DNA from: Auanema rhodensis
Taxonomy: Eukaryota; Animalia; Nematoda
DNA: 64,000 nt
Reading direction: 5' to 3'
Assembly: GCA_964057225.1 (NCBI GenBank)
Contig: OZ059895.1
Span: 3,410,001 to 3,474,000 of the forward strand
Shown here: in pieces, positions 50,401-64,000 of the stretch
Position numbering within the stretch: the first letter of the stretch is position 1
Layout of the letters: each line of letters opens with the position of its first letter
The notes under the pieces: model-generated
What the model saw: only the letters and a program-made list of their open reading frames with translations
The model's database searches: none
Told to the model about the DNA's origin: nothing
Translations under genes and position numbers: made by a program

Positions 50401-53400
50401 TAACCTGTGCTGCGTATAATTTATGGGTGTACAAAAATCAAAGTTCTTAATCAAAGTTTAAAAAACAAACTGAATAAAAGTTCGTAAATCTGAATTAAAA
50501 TCTTTCCAACATAGTGTTCAACATATGATATATTACTATCTTTACAAGATAGATACAAAAAAATTGGAATGTGATCACATGTTCTGATGCTTTGAAGGGC
50601 ATGTTTTACTAGCCTACGTAGGAAAACATCCATTCAAGCAACAGAACTAGGAAAGATCCATGTCTGATTAGTCGGTCAGTTCATTATTTAAGGGTAACCT
50701 GTGCTGCGTATAATTTATGGGTGTACAAAAATCAAAGTTTATTACTATCTTTACAAGATAGATACAAAAAAATTGGAATGTGATCACATGTTCTGATGCT
50801 TTGAAGGGCATGTTTTACTAGCCTACGTAGGAAAACATCCATTCAAGCAACAGAACTAGGAAAGATCCATGTCTGATTAGTCGGTCAGTTCATTATTTAA
50901 GGGTAACCTGTGCTCCGTATAATTTATGGGTGTACAAAAATCAAAGTTCTTAATCAAAGTTTAAAAAACAAACTGAATAAAAGTTAGAAAATCTGAATTA
51001 AAATCTTTCCAACATAGTGTTCAACATATGATATATTACTATCTTTACAAGATAGATACAAAAAAATTGGAATGTGATCACATGTTCTGATGCTTTGAAG
51101 GGCATGTTTTACTAGCCTACGTAGGAAAACATCCGTTCAAGCAACAGAACTTGGAAAGATCCATGTCTGATTAGTCGGTCAGTTCATTAATTAAGGGTAA
51201 CCTGTGCTGCGTATAATTTATGGGTGTACAAAAATCAAAGTTCTTAATCAAAGTTTAAAAAACAAACTGAATAAAAGTTCGTAAATCTGAATTAAAATCT
51301 TTCCAACATAGTGTTCAACATATGATATATTACTATCTTTACAAGATAGATACAAAAAAATTGGAATGTGATCACATGTTCTGATGCTTTGAAGGGCATG
51401 TTTTACTAGCCTACGTAGGAAAACATCCATTCAAGCAACAGAACTAGGAAAGATCCATGTCTGATTAGTCGGTCAGTTCATTATTTAAGGGTAACCTGTG
51501 CTGCGTATAATTTATGGGTGTACAAAAGTCAAAGTTTATTACTATCTTTACAAGATAGATTTCAAAAAAATTGGAATGTGATCACATGTTCTGATGCTTT
51601 GAAGGGCATGTTTTACTAGCCTACGTAGGAAAACATCCATTCAAGCAACAGAACTAGGAAAGATCCATGTCTGATTAGTCGGTCAGTTCATTATTTAAGG
51701 GTAACCTGTGCTGCGTATAATTTATGGGTGTACAAAAATCAAAGTTTATTACTATCTTTACAAGATAGATACAAAAAAATTGGAATGTGATCACATGTTC
51801 TGATGCTTTGAAGGGCATGTTTTACTAGCCTACGTAGGAAAACATCCGTTCAAGCAACAGAACTTGAAAGATCCATGTCTGATTAGTCGGTCAGTTCATT
51901 AATTAAGGGTAACCTGTGCTGCGTATAATTTATGGGTGTACAAAAATCAAAGTTCTTAATCAAAGTTTAAAAAACAAACTGAATAAAAGTTCGTAAATCT
52001 GAATTAAAATCTTTCCAACATAGTGTTCAACATATGATATATTACTATCTTTACAAGATAGATACAAAAAAATTGGAATGTGATCACATGTTCTGATGCT
52101 TTGAAGGGCATGTTTTACTAGCCTACGTAGGAAAACATCCATTCAAGCAACAGAACTAGGAAAGATCCATGTCTGATTAGTCGGTCAGTTCATTATTTAA
52201 GGGTAACCTGTGCTGCGTATAATTTATGGGTGTACAAAAATCAAAGTTTATTACTATCTTTACAAGATAGATTTCAAAAAAATTGGAATGTGATCACATG
52301 TTCTGATGCTTTGAAGGGCATGTTTTACTAGCCTACGTAGGAAAACATCCATTCAAGCAACAGAACTAGGAAAGATCCATGTCTGATTAGTCGGTCAGTT
52401 CATTATTTAAGGGTAACCTGTGCTGCGTATAATTTATGGGTGTACAAAAATCAAAGTTTATTACTATCTTTACAAGATAGATTTCAAAAAAATTGGAATG
52501 TGATCACATGTTCTGATGCTTTGAAGGGCATGTTTTACTAGCCTACGTAGGAAAACATCTATTCAAGCAACAGAACTAGGAAAGATCCATGTCTGATTAG
52601 TCGGTCAGTTCATTATTTAAGGGTAACCTGTGCTGCGTATAATTTATGGGTGTACAAAAATCAAAGTTCTTAATCAAAGTTTAAAAAACAAACTGAATAA
52701 AAGTTAGAAAATCTGAATTAAAATCTTTCCAACATAGTGTTCAACATATGATATATTACTATCTTTACAAGATAGATACAAAAAAATTGGAATGTGATCA
52801 CATGTTCTGATGCTTTGAAGGGCATGTTTTACTAGCCTACGTAGGAAAACATCCATTCAAGCAACAGAACTTGGGAAGATCCATGTCTGATTAGACGGTC
52901 AGTTCATTATTTAAGGGTAACCTGTGCTGCGTATATTTTATGGGTGTACAAACAACAAGGTTCTTAATCAAAGTTTAGAAAACAAACTGAGTGAAAGTTG
53001 AAAAAATCTGAATTAAAATCTTTCCAACATAGTGTTCAACATATGATATATTACTATCTTTACAAGATAGATACAAAAAAATTGAAATGTGATCACATGG
53101 TCTGATGCTTTGAAGGGCATGTTTTACTAGCCTACGTAGGAAAACATCCGTTCAAGCAACAGAACTTGGAAAGATCCATGTCTGATTAGTCGGTCAGTTC
53201 ATTAATTAAGGGTAACCTGTGCTGCGTATAATTTATGGGTGTACAAAAATCAAAGTTCTTAATCAAAGTTTAAAAAACAAACTGAATAAAAGTTCGAAAA
53301 TCTGAATTAAAATCTTTCCAACATAGTGTTCAACATATGATATATTACTATCTTTACAAGATAGATACAAAAAAATTGGAATGTGATCACATGTTCTGAT

Positions 53401-54270
53401 GCTTTGAAGGGCATGTTTTACTAGCCTACGTAGGAAAACATCCATTCAAGCAACAGAACTAGGAAAGATCCATGTCTGATTAGTCGGTCAGTTCATTATT
53501 TAAGGGTAACCTGTGCTCCGTATAATTTATGGGTGTACAAAAATCAAAGTTTATTACTATCTTTACAAGATAGATACAAAAAAATTGGAATGTGATCACA
53601 TGTTCTGATGCTTTGAAGGGCATGTTTTACTAGCCTACGTAGGAAAACATCCATTCAAGCAACAGAACTAGGAAAGATCCATGTCTGATTAGTCGGTCAG
53701 TTCATTATTTAAGGGTAACCTGTGCTCCGTATAATTTATGGGTGTACAAAAATCAAAGTTCTTAATCAAAGTTTAAAAAACAAACTGAATAAAAGTTAGA
53801 AAATCTGAATTAAAATCTTTCCAACATAGTGTTCAACATATGATATATTACTATCTTTACAAGATAGATACAAAAAAATTGGAATGTGATCACATGTTCT
53901 GATGCTTTGAAGGGCATGTTTTACTAGCCTACGTAGGAAAACATCCGTTCAAGCAACAGAACTTGGAAAGATCCATGTCTGATTAGTCGGTCAGTTCATT
54001 AATTAAGGGTAACCTGTGCTGCGTATAATTTATGGGTGTACAAAAATCAAAGTTCTTAATCAAAGTTTAAAAAACAAACTGAATAAAAGTTCGTAAATCT
54101 GAATTAAAATCTTTCCAACATAGTGTTCAACATATGATATATTACTATCTTTACAAGATAGATACAAAAAAATTGGAATGTGATCACATGTTCTGATGCT
54201 TTGAAGGGCATGTTTTACTAGCCTACGTAGGAAAACATCCATTCAAGCAACAGAACTAGGAAAGATCCAT
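47480..54270 (+). repeat. 11-monomer HOR, period 2812 bp, about 2.4 copies
   Basis: AAACATCTAT at 49741/52553 and CACATGGTC at 50282/53094. ORF-track offsets 47639>50451>53263, 48436>51248>54060 and 49148>51960 are all 2812 (797+712+1303). Confidence 0.9.
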
Positions 54271-54349
54271 GTCTGATTAGTCGGTCAGTTCATTAATTAA
54301 GGGTAACCTGTGCTGCGTATAATTTATGGGTGTACAAAAATCAAAGTTC

Positions 54350-57300
54350 TTAATCAAAGTTTAAAAAACAAACTGAATAAAAGTTCGTAAATCTGAATTA
54401 AAATCTTTCCAACATAGTGTTCAACATATGATATATTACTATCTTTACAAGATAGATACAAAAAAATTGGAATGTGATCACATGTTCTGATGCTTTGAAG
54501 GGCATGTTTTACTAGCCTACGTAGGAAAACATCCATTCAAGCAACAGAACTAGGAAAGATCCATGTCTGATTAGTCGGTCAGTTCATTATTTAAGGGTAA
54601 CCTGTGCTGCGTATAATTTATGGGTGTACAAAAATCAAAGTTTATTACTATCTTTACAAGATAGATACAAAAAAAATTGGAATGTGGTCACATGTTCTGA
54701 TGCTTTGAAGGGCATGTTTTACTAGCCTACGTAGGAAAACATCCGTTCAAGCAACAGAACTTGAAAGATCCATGTCTGATTAGTCGGTCAGTTCATTATT
54801 TAAGGGTAACCTGTGCTGCGTATAATTTATGGGTGTACAAAAATCAAAGTTCTTAATCAAAGTTTAAAAAACAAACTGAATAAAAGTTAGAAAATCTGAA
54901 TTAAAATCTTTCCAACATAGTGTTCAACATATGATATATTACTATCTTTACAAGATAGATACAAAAAAATTGGAATGTGATCACATGTTCTGATGCTTTG
55001 AAGGGCATGTTTTACTAGCCTACGTAGGAAAACATCCATTCAAGCAACAGAACTAGGAAAGATCCATGTCTGATTAGTCGGTCAGTTCATTATTTAAGGG
55101 TAACCTGTGCTGCGTATAATTTATGGGTGTACAAAAATCAAAGTTCTTAATCAAAGTTTAAAAAACAAACTGAATAAAAGTTAGAAAATCTGAATTAAAA
55201 TCTTTCCAACATAGTGTTCAACATATGATATATTACTATCTTTACAAGATAGATACAAAAAAATTGGAATGTGATCACATGTTCTGATGCTTTGAAGGGC
55301 ATGTTTTACTAGCCTACGTAGGAAAACATCCATTCAAGCAACAGAACTTGGGAAGATCCATGTCTGATTAGACGGTCAGTTCATTATTTAAGGGTAACCT
55401 GTGCTGCGTATATTTTATGGGTGTACAAACAACAAGGTTCTTAATCAAAGTTTAGAAAACAAACTGAGTGAAAGTTGAAAAAATCTGAATTAAAATCTTT
55501 CCAACATAGTGTTCAACATATGATATATTACTATCTTTACAAGATAGATACAAAAAAATTGAAATGTGATCACATGTTCTGATGCTTTGAAGGGCATGTT
55601 TTACTAGCCTACGTAGGAAAACATCCGTTCAAGCAACAGAACTTGGAAAGATCCATGTCTGATTAGTCGGTCAGTTCATTAATTAAGGGTAACCTGTGCT
55701 GCGTATAATTTATGGGTGTACAAAAATCAAAGTTCTTAATCAAAGTTTAAAAAACAAACTGAATAAAAGTTCGTAAATCTGAATTAAAATCTTTCCAACA
55801 TAGTGTTCAACATATGATATATTACTATCTTTACAAGATAGATACAAAAAAATTGGAATGTGATCACATGTTCTGATGCTTTGAAGGGCATGTTTTACTA
55901 GCCTACGTAGGAAAACATCCATTCAAGCAACAGAACTAGGAAAGATCCATGTCTGATTAGTCGGTCAGTTCATTATTTAAGGGTAACCTGTGCTGCGTAT
56001 AATTTATGGGTGTACAAAAGTCAAAGTTTATTACTATCTTTACAAGATAGATTTCAAAAAAATTGGAATGTGATCACATGTTCTGATGCTTTGAAGGGCA
56101 TGTTTTACTAGCCTACGTAGGAAAACATCCATTCAAGCAACAGAACTAGGAAAGATCCATGTCTGATTAGTCGGTCAGTTCATTATTTAAGGGTAACCTG
56201 TGCTGCGTATAATTTATGGGTGTACAAAAATCAAAGTTCTTAATCAAAGTTTAAAAAACAAACTGAATAAAAGTTAGAAAATCTGAATTAAAATCTTTCC
56301 AACATAGTGTTCAACATATGATATATTACTATCTTTACAAGATAGATACAAAAAAATTGGAATGTGATCACATGTTCTGATGCTTTGAAGGGCATGTTTT
56401 ACTAGCCTACGTAGGAAAACATCCATTCAAGCAACAGAACTAGGAAAGATCCATGTCTGATTAGTCGGTCAGTTCATTATTTAAGGGTAACCTGTGCTGC
56501 GTATAATTTATGGGTGTACAAAAATCAAAGTTCTTAATCAAAGTTTAAAAAACAAACTGAATAAAAGTTAGAAAATCTGAATTAAAATCTTTCCAACATA
56601 GTGTTCAACATATGATATATTACTATCTTTACAAGATAGATACAAAAAAATTGGAATGTGATCACATGTTCTGATGCTTTGAAGGGCATGTTTTACTAGC
56701 CTACGTAGGAAAACATCCATTCAAGCAACAGAACTTGGGAAGATCCATGTCTGATTAGACGGTCAGTTCATTATTTAAGGGTAACCTGTGCTGCGTATAT
56801 TTTATGGGTGTACAAACAACAAGGTTCTTAATCAAAGTTTAGAAAACAAACTGAGTGAAAGTTGAAAAAATCTGAATTAAAATCTTTCCAACATAGTGTT
56901 CAACATATGATATATTACTATCTTTACAAGATAGATACAAAAAAATTGAAATGTGATCACATGTTCTGATGCTTTGAAGGGCATGTTTTACTAGCCTACG
57001 TAGGAAAACATCCGTTCAAGCAACAGAACTTGGAAAGATCCATGTCTGATTAGTCGGTCAGTTCATTAATTAAGGGTAACCTGTGCTGCGTATAATTTAT
57101 GGGTGTACAAAAATCAAAGTTCTTAATCAAAGTTTAAAAAACAAACTGAATAAAAGTTCGTAAATCTGAATTAAAATCTTTCCAACATAGTGTTCAACAT
57201 ATGATATATTACTATCTTTACAAGATAGATACAAAAAAATTGGAATGTGATCACATGTTCTGATGCTTTGAAGGGCATGTTTTACTAGCCTACGTAGGAA

Positions 57301-57550
57301 AACATCCATTCAAGCAACAGAACTAGGAAAGATCCATGTCTGATTAGTCGGTCAGTTCATTATTTAAGGGTAACCTGTGCTGCGTATAATTTATGGGTGT
57401 ACAAAAGTCAAAGTTTATTACTATCTTTACAAGATAGATTTCAAAAAAATTGGAATGTGATCACATGTTCTGATGCTTTGAAGGGCATGTTTTACTAGCC
57501 TACGTAGGAAAACATCCATTCAAGCAACAGAACTAGGAAAGATCCATGTC
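54350..57550 (+). repeat. 5-monomer HOR, period 1386-1387 bp (boundaries approximate)
   Basis: The TTGAAATG monomer and the GACGG-type L1 monomer recur at +1387. ORF-track offsets are 54354>55740>57127. Confidence 0.78.
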
Positions 57551-59134
57551 TGATTAGTCGGTCAGTTCATTATTTAAGGGTAACCTGTGCTGCGTATAAT
57601 TTATGGGTGTACAAAAATCAAAGTTTATTACTATCTTTACAAGATAGATACAAAAAAATTGGAATGTGATCACATGTTCTGATGCTTTGAAGGGCATGTT
57701 TTACTAGCCTACGTAGGAAAACATCCGTTCAAGCAACAGAACTTGAAAGATCCATGTCTGATTAGTCGGTCAGTTCATTATTTAAGGGTAACCTGTGCTG
57801 CGTATAATTTATGGGTGTACAAAAATCAAAGTTCTTAATCAAAGTTTAAAAAACAAACTGAATAAAAGTTCGTAAATCTGAATTAAAATCTTTCCAACAT
57901 AGTGTTCAACATATGATATATTACTATCTTTACAAGATAGATACAAAAAAATTGGAATGTGATCACATGTTCTGATGCTTTGAAGGGCATGTTTTACTAG
58001 CCTACGTAGGAAAACATCCATTCAAGCAACAGAACTAGGAAAGATCCATGTCTGATTAGTCGGTCAGTTCATTATTTAAGGGTAACCTGTGCTGCGTATA
58101 ATTTATGGGTGTACAAAAATCAAAGTTTATTACTATCTTTACAAGATAGATTTCAAAAAAATTGGAATGTGATCACATGTTCTGATGCTTTGAAGGGCAT
58201 GTTTTACTAGCCTACGTAGGAAAACATCCATTCAAGCAACAGAACTAGGAAAGATCCATGTCTGATTAGTCGGTCAGTTCATTATTTAAGGGTAACCTGT
58301 GCTGCGTATAATTTATGGGTGTACAAAAATCAAAGTTCTTAATCAAAGTTTAAAAAACAAACTGAACAAAAGTTAGAAAATCTGAATTAAAATCTTTCCA
58401 ACATAGTGTTCAACATATGATATATTACTATCTTTACAAGATAGATACAAAAAAATTGGAATGTGATCACATGTTCTGATGCTTTGAAGGGCATGTTTTA
58501 CTAGCCTACGTAGGAAAACATCCATTCAAGCAACAGAACTTGGGAAGATCCATGTCTGATTAGACGGTCAGTTCATTATTTAAGGGTAACCTGTGCTGCG
58601 TATATTTTATGGGTGTACAAACAACAAGGTTCTTAATCAAAGTTTAGAAAACAAACTGAGTGAAAGTTGAAAAAATCTGAATTAAAATCTTTCCAACATA
58701 GTGTTCAACATATGATATATTACTATCTTTACAAGATAGATACAAAAAAATTGAAATGTGATCACATGTTCTGATGCTTTGAAGGGCATGTTTTACTAGC
58801 CTACGTAGGAAAACATCCGTTCAAGCAACAGAACTTGGAAAGATCCATGTCTGATTAGTCGGTCAGTTCATTAATTAAGGGTAACCTGTGCTGCGTATAA
58901 TTTATGGGTGTACAAAAATCAAAGTTCTTAATCAAAGTTTAAAAAACAAACTGAATAAAAGTTCGTAAATCTGAATTAAAATCTTTCCAACATAGTGTTC
59001 AACATATGATATATTACTATCTTTACAAGATAGATACAAAAAAATTGAAATGTGATCACATGTTCTGATGCTTTGAAGGGCATGTTTTACTAGCCTACGT
59101 AGGAAAACATCCGTTCAAGCAACAGAACTTGGAA

Positions 59135-62100
59135 AGATCCATGTCTGATTAGTCGGTCAGTTCATTAATTAAGGGTAACCTGTGCTGCGTATAATTTATG
59201 GGTGTACAAAAATCAAAGTTCTTAATCAAAGTTTAAAAAACAAACTGAATAAAAGTTCGTAAATCTGAATTAAAATCTTTCCAACATAGTGTTCAACATA
59301 TGATATATTACTATCTTTACAAGATAGATACAAAAAAATTGGAATGTGATCACATGTTCTGATGCTTTGAAGGGCATGTTTTACTAGCCTACGTAGGAAA
59401 ACATCCATTCAAGCAACAGAACTAGGAAAGATCCATGTCTGATTAGTCGGTCAGTTCATTATTTAAGGGTAACCTGTGCTGCGTATATTTTATGGGTGTA
59501 CAAAAATCAAAGTTTATTACTATCTTTAAAAGATAGATACAAAAAAATTGGAATGTGATCACATGTTCTGATGCTTTGAAGGGCATGTTTTACTAGCCTT
59601 CGTAGGAAAACATCCATTCAAGCAACAGAACTTGGGAAGATCCATGTCTGATTAGTCGGTCAGTTCATTATTTAAGGGTAACCTGTGCTGCGTATATTTT
59701 ATGGGTGTACAAACAACAAGGTTCTTAATCAAAGTTTAGAAAACAAACTGAGTGAAAGTTGAAAAAATCTGAATTAAAATCTTTCCAACATAGTGTTCAA
59801 CATATGATATATTACTATCTTTACAAGATAGATACAAAAAAATTGGAATGTGGTCACATGTTCTGATGCTTTGAAGGGCATGTTTTACTAGCCTACGTAG
59901 GAAAACATCCGTTCAAGCAACAGAACTTGGAAAGATCCATGTCTGATTAGTCGGTCAGTTCATTAATTAAGGGTAACCTGTGCTGCGTATAATTTATGGG
60001 TGCACAAAAATCAAAGTTCTTAATCAAAGTTTAAAAAACAAACTGAATAAAAGTTCGAAAATCTGAATTAAAATCTTTCCAACATAGTGTTCAACATATG
60101 ATATATTACTATCTTTACAAGATAGATACAAAAAAATTGGAATGTGATCACATGTTCTGATGCTTTGAAGGGCATGTTTTACTAGCCTACGTAGGAAAAC
60201 ATCCATTCAAGCAACAGAACTAGGAAAGATCCATGTCTGATTAGTCGGTCAGTTCATTATTTAAGGGTAACCTGTGCTGCGTATAATTTATGGGTGTACA
60301 AAAATCAAAGTTTATTACTATCTTTACAAGATAGATACAAAAAAATTGGAATGTGATCACATGTTCTGATGCTTTGAAGGGCATGTTTTACTAGCCTACG
60401 TAGGAAAACATCCATTCAAGCAACAGAACTAGGAAAGATCCATGTCTGATTAGTCGGTCAGTTCATTATTTAAGGTTAACCTGTGCTCCGTATAATTTAT
60501 GGGTGTACAAAAATCAAAGTTCTTAATCAAAGTTTAAAAAACAAACTGAATAAAAGTTAGAAAATCTGAATTAAAATCTTTCCAACATAGTGTTCAACAT
60601 ATGATATATTACTATCTTTACAAGATAGATACAAAAAAATTGGAATGTGATCACATGTTCTGATGCTTTGAAGGGCATGTTTTACTAGCCTACGTAGGAA
60701 AACATCCGTTCAAGCAACAGAACTTGGAAAGATCCATGTCTGATTAGTCGGTCAGTTCATTAATTAAGGGTAACCTGTGCTGCGTATAATTTATGGGTGT
60801 ACAAAAATCAAAGTTCTTAATCAAAGTTTAAAAAACAAACTGAATAAAAGTTCGTAAATCTGAATTAAAATCTTTCCAACATAGTGTTCAACATATGATA
60901 TATTACTATCTTTACAAGATAGATACAAAAAAATTGGAATGTGATCACATGTTCTGATGCTTTGAAGGGCATGTTTTACTAGCCTACGTAGGAAAACATC
61001 CATTCAAGCAACAGAACTAGGAAAGATCCATGTCTGATTAGTCGGTCAGTTCATTATTTAAGGGTAACCTGTGCTGCGTATAATTTATGGGTGTACAAAA
61101 GTCAAAGTTTATTACTATCTTTACAAGATAGATTTCAAAAAAATTGGAATGTGATCACATGTTCTGATGCTTTGAAGGGCATGTTTTACTAGCCTACGTA
61201 GGAAAACATCCATTCAAGCAACAGAACTAGGAAAGATCCATGTCTGATTAGTCGGTCAGTTCATTATTTAAGGGTAACCTGTGCTGCGTATAATTTATGG
61301 GTGTACAAAAATCAAAGTTTATTACTATCTTTACAAGATAGATACAAAAAAATTGGAATGTGATCACATGTTCTGATGCTTTGAAGGGCATGTTTTACTA
61401 GCCTACGTAGGAAAACATCCGTTCAAGCAACAGAACTTGAAAGATCCATGTCTGATTAGTCGGTCAGTTCATTAATTAAGGGTAACCTGTGCTGCGTATA
61501 ATTTATGGGTGTACAAAAATCAAAGTTCTTAATCAAAGTTTAAAAAACAAACTGAATAAAAGTTCGTAAATCTGAATTAAAATCTTTCCAACATAGTGTT
61601 CAACATATGATATATTACTATCTTTACAAGATAGATACAAAAAAATTGGAATGTGATCACATGTTCTGATGCTTTGAAGGGCATGTTTTACTAGCCTACG
61701 TAGGAAAACATCCATTCAAGCAACAGAACTAGGAAAGATCCATGTCTGATTAGTCGGTCAGTTCATTATTTAAGGGTAACCTGTGCTGCGTATATTTTAT
61801 GGGTGTACAAAAATCAAAGTTTATTACTATCTTTAAAAGATAGATACAAAAAAATTGGAATGTGATCACATGTTCTGATGCTTTGAAGGGCATGTTTTAC
61901 TAGCCTTCGTAGGAAAACATCCATTCAAGCAACAGAACTTGGGAAGATCCATGTCTGATTAGTCGGTCAGTTCATTATTTAAGGGTAACCTGTGCTGCGT
62001 ATATTTTATGGGTGTACAAACAACAAGGTTCTTAATCAAAGTTTAGAAAACAAACTGAGTGAAAGTTGAAAAAATCTGAATTAAAATCTTTCCAACATAG

Positions 62101-64000
62101 TGTTCAACATATGATATATTACTATCTTTACAAGATAGATACAAAAAAATTGGAATGTGGTCACATGTTCTGATGCTTTGAAGGGCATGTTTTACTAGCC
62201 TACGTAGGAAAACATCCGTTCAAGCAACAGAACTTGGAAAGATCCATGTCTGATTAGTCGGTCAGTTCATTAATTAAGGGTAACCTGTGCTGCGTATAAT
62301 TTATGGGTGCACAAAAATCAAAGTTCTTAATCAAAGTTTAAAAAACAAACTGAATAAAAGTTCGAAAATCTGAATTAAAATCTTTCCAACATAGTGTTCA
62401 ACATATGATATATTACTATCTTTACAAGATAGATACAAAAAAATTGGAATGTGATCACATGTTCTGATGCTTTGAAGGGCATGTTTTACTAGCCTACGTA
62501 GGAAAACATCCATTCAAGCAACAGAACTAGGAAAGATCCATGTCTGATTAGTCGGTCAGTTCATTATTTAAGGGTAACCTGTGCTGCGTATAATTTATGG
62601 GTGTACAAAAATCAAAGTTTATTACTATCTTTACAAGATAGATACAAAAAAATTGGAATGTGATCACATGTTCTGATGCTTTGAAGGGCATGTTTTACTA
62701 GCCTACGTAGGAAAACATCCATTCAAGCAACAGAACTAGGAAAGATCCATGTCTGATTAGTCGGTCAGTTCATTATTTAAGGTTAACCTGTGCTCCGTAT
62801 AATTTATGGGTGTACAAAAATCAAAGTTCTTAATCAAAGTTTAAAAAACAAACTGAATAAAAGTTAGAAAATCTGAATTAAAATCTTTCCAACATAGTGT
62901 TCAACATATGATATATTACTATCTTTACAAGATAGATACAAAAAAATTGGAATGTGATCACATGTTCTGATGCTTTGAAGGGCATGTTTTACTAGCCTAC
63001 GTAGGAAAACATCCGTTCAAGCAACAGAACTTGGAAAGATCCATGTCTGATTAGTCGGTCAGTTCATTAATTAAGGGTAACCTGTGCTGCGTATAATTTA
63101 TGGGTGTACAAAAATCAAAGTTCTTAATCAAAGTTTAAAAAACAAACTGAATAAAAGTTCGTAAATCTGAATTAAAATCTTTCCAACATAGTGTTCAACA
63201 TATGATATATTACTATCTTTACAAGATAGATACAAAAAAATTGGAATGTGATCACATGTTCTGATGCTTTGAAGGGCATGTTTTACTAGCCTACGTAGGA
63301 AAACATCCATTCAAGCAACAGAACTAGGAAAGATCCATGTCTGATTAGTCGGTCAGTTCATTATTTAAGGGTAACCTGTGCTGCGTATAATTTATGGGTG
63401 TACAAAAGTCAAAGTTTATTACTATCTTTACAAGATAGATTTCAAAAAAATTGGAATGTGATCACATGTTCTGATGCTTTGAAGGGCATGTTTTACTAGC
63501 CTACGTAGGAAAACATCCATTCAAGCAACAGAACTAGGAAAGATCCATGTCTGATTAGTCGGTCAGTTCATTATTTAAGGGTAACCTGTGCTGCGTATAA
63601 TTTATGGGTGTACAAAAATCAAAGTTTATTACTATCTTTACAAGATAGATACAAAAAAATTGGAATGTGATCACATGTTCTGATGCTTTGAAGGGCATGT
63701 TTTACTAGCCTACGTAGGAAAACATCCGTTCAAGCAACAGAACTTGAAAGATCCATGTCTGATTAGTCGGTCAGTTCATTAATTAAGGGTAACCTGTGCT
63801 GCGTATAATTTATGGGTGTACAAAAATCAAAGTTCTTAATCAAAGTTTAAAAAACAAACTGAATAAAAGTTCGTAAATCTGAATTAAAATCTTTCCAACA
63901 TAGTGTTCAACATATGATATATTACTATCTTTACAAGATAGATACAAAAAAATTGGAATGTGATCACATGTTCTGATGCTTTGAAGGGCATGTTTTACTA
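59135..64000 (+). repeat. 9-monomer HOR, period 2307 bp, just over 2 copies
   Basis: TAAGGTTAAC at 60471/62778; GGGTGCAC, GCCTTCG and CTTGAAAG recur at +2307. ORF-track offsets are 59226>61533, 60024>62331 and 60821>63128. Confidence 0.9.

Larger units (their letters stand above)
1..64000. repeat. Tandem satellite DNA array of mixed 295/294/209-bp monomers (centromere/heterochromatin-like); runs off both window ends
   Basis: The motif ACAAAAAAATTGGAATGTGATCACATG (with minor variants) recurs at 1, 296, 505, 799, 1008, 1303, 1598, 1893, 2102, 2396 and onward, with spacings of almost exclusively 295, 294 or 209 bp. I saw no unique sequence, inversion or insertion. The centromeric role is an inference only. 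Confidence 0.99.

Noticed and set aside
28024-63310. 23 near-identical 60-aa minus-strand ORFs (MDVFLRRLVKHAL...)
   Set aside because: They lie wholly within satellite monomers and reach the length threshold only where AAAGTTAG>AAAGTTCG removes a minus-strand TAA. I recognise no domain or gene context. They are useful only as markers of that SNP.
1-64000. CRISPR array or repeat-spacer system
   Set aside because: There are no unique spacers: the variable segment has only two alleles or is absent. The units are far too long and no cas genes are present.
1-64000. Assignment to a named satellite family or species, or as the functional centromere
   Set aside because: I do not recognise the monomer, and I see no CENP-B box. 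It needs BLAST of the consensus and CENH3/CENP-A ChIP data.

Overview
The whole 64 kb window is one uninterrupted, head-to-tail, single-orientation tandem satellite array (about 32% GC by hand count of the first monomer; roughly 245-250 monomers). It is most consistent with eukaryotic centromeric, pericentromeric or other heterochromatic satellite DNA. I cannot assign it to a named family or species. Three monomer classes are interleaved: L1 (295 bp), L2 (294 bp) and S (209 bp). S lacks an 85/86-bp AT-rich module, always at the same junction. Monomers are very similar, and rare SNPs reveal nested higher-order repeats (HORs) with periods of 8440, 1008, 1303, 2101, 1928, 712, 3904/3401, 2309, 2812, 1387 and 2307 bp. 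The SNPs also show an allele turnover at about 40 kb, a more heterogeneous zone at about 40-46 kb, and two cases of non-adjacent sequence sharing. The shared core of the monomers carries a 67-bp imperfect inverted repeat centred on CCTACGTAGG, and its two commonest polymorphisms keep the fold. I found no credible genes, RNA genes, CRISPR arrays or transposon insertions. The listed 60-61 aa ORFs are by-products of stop-removing SNPs in the satellite.
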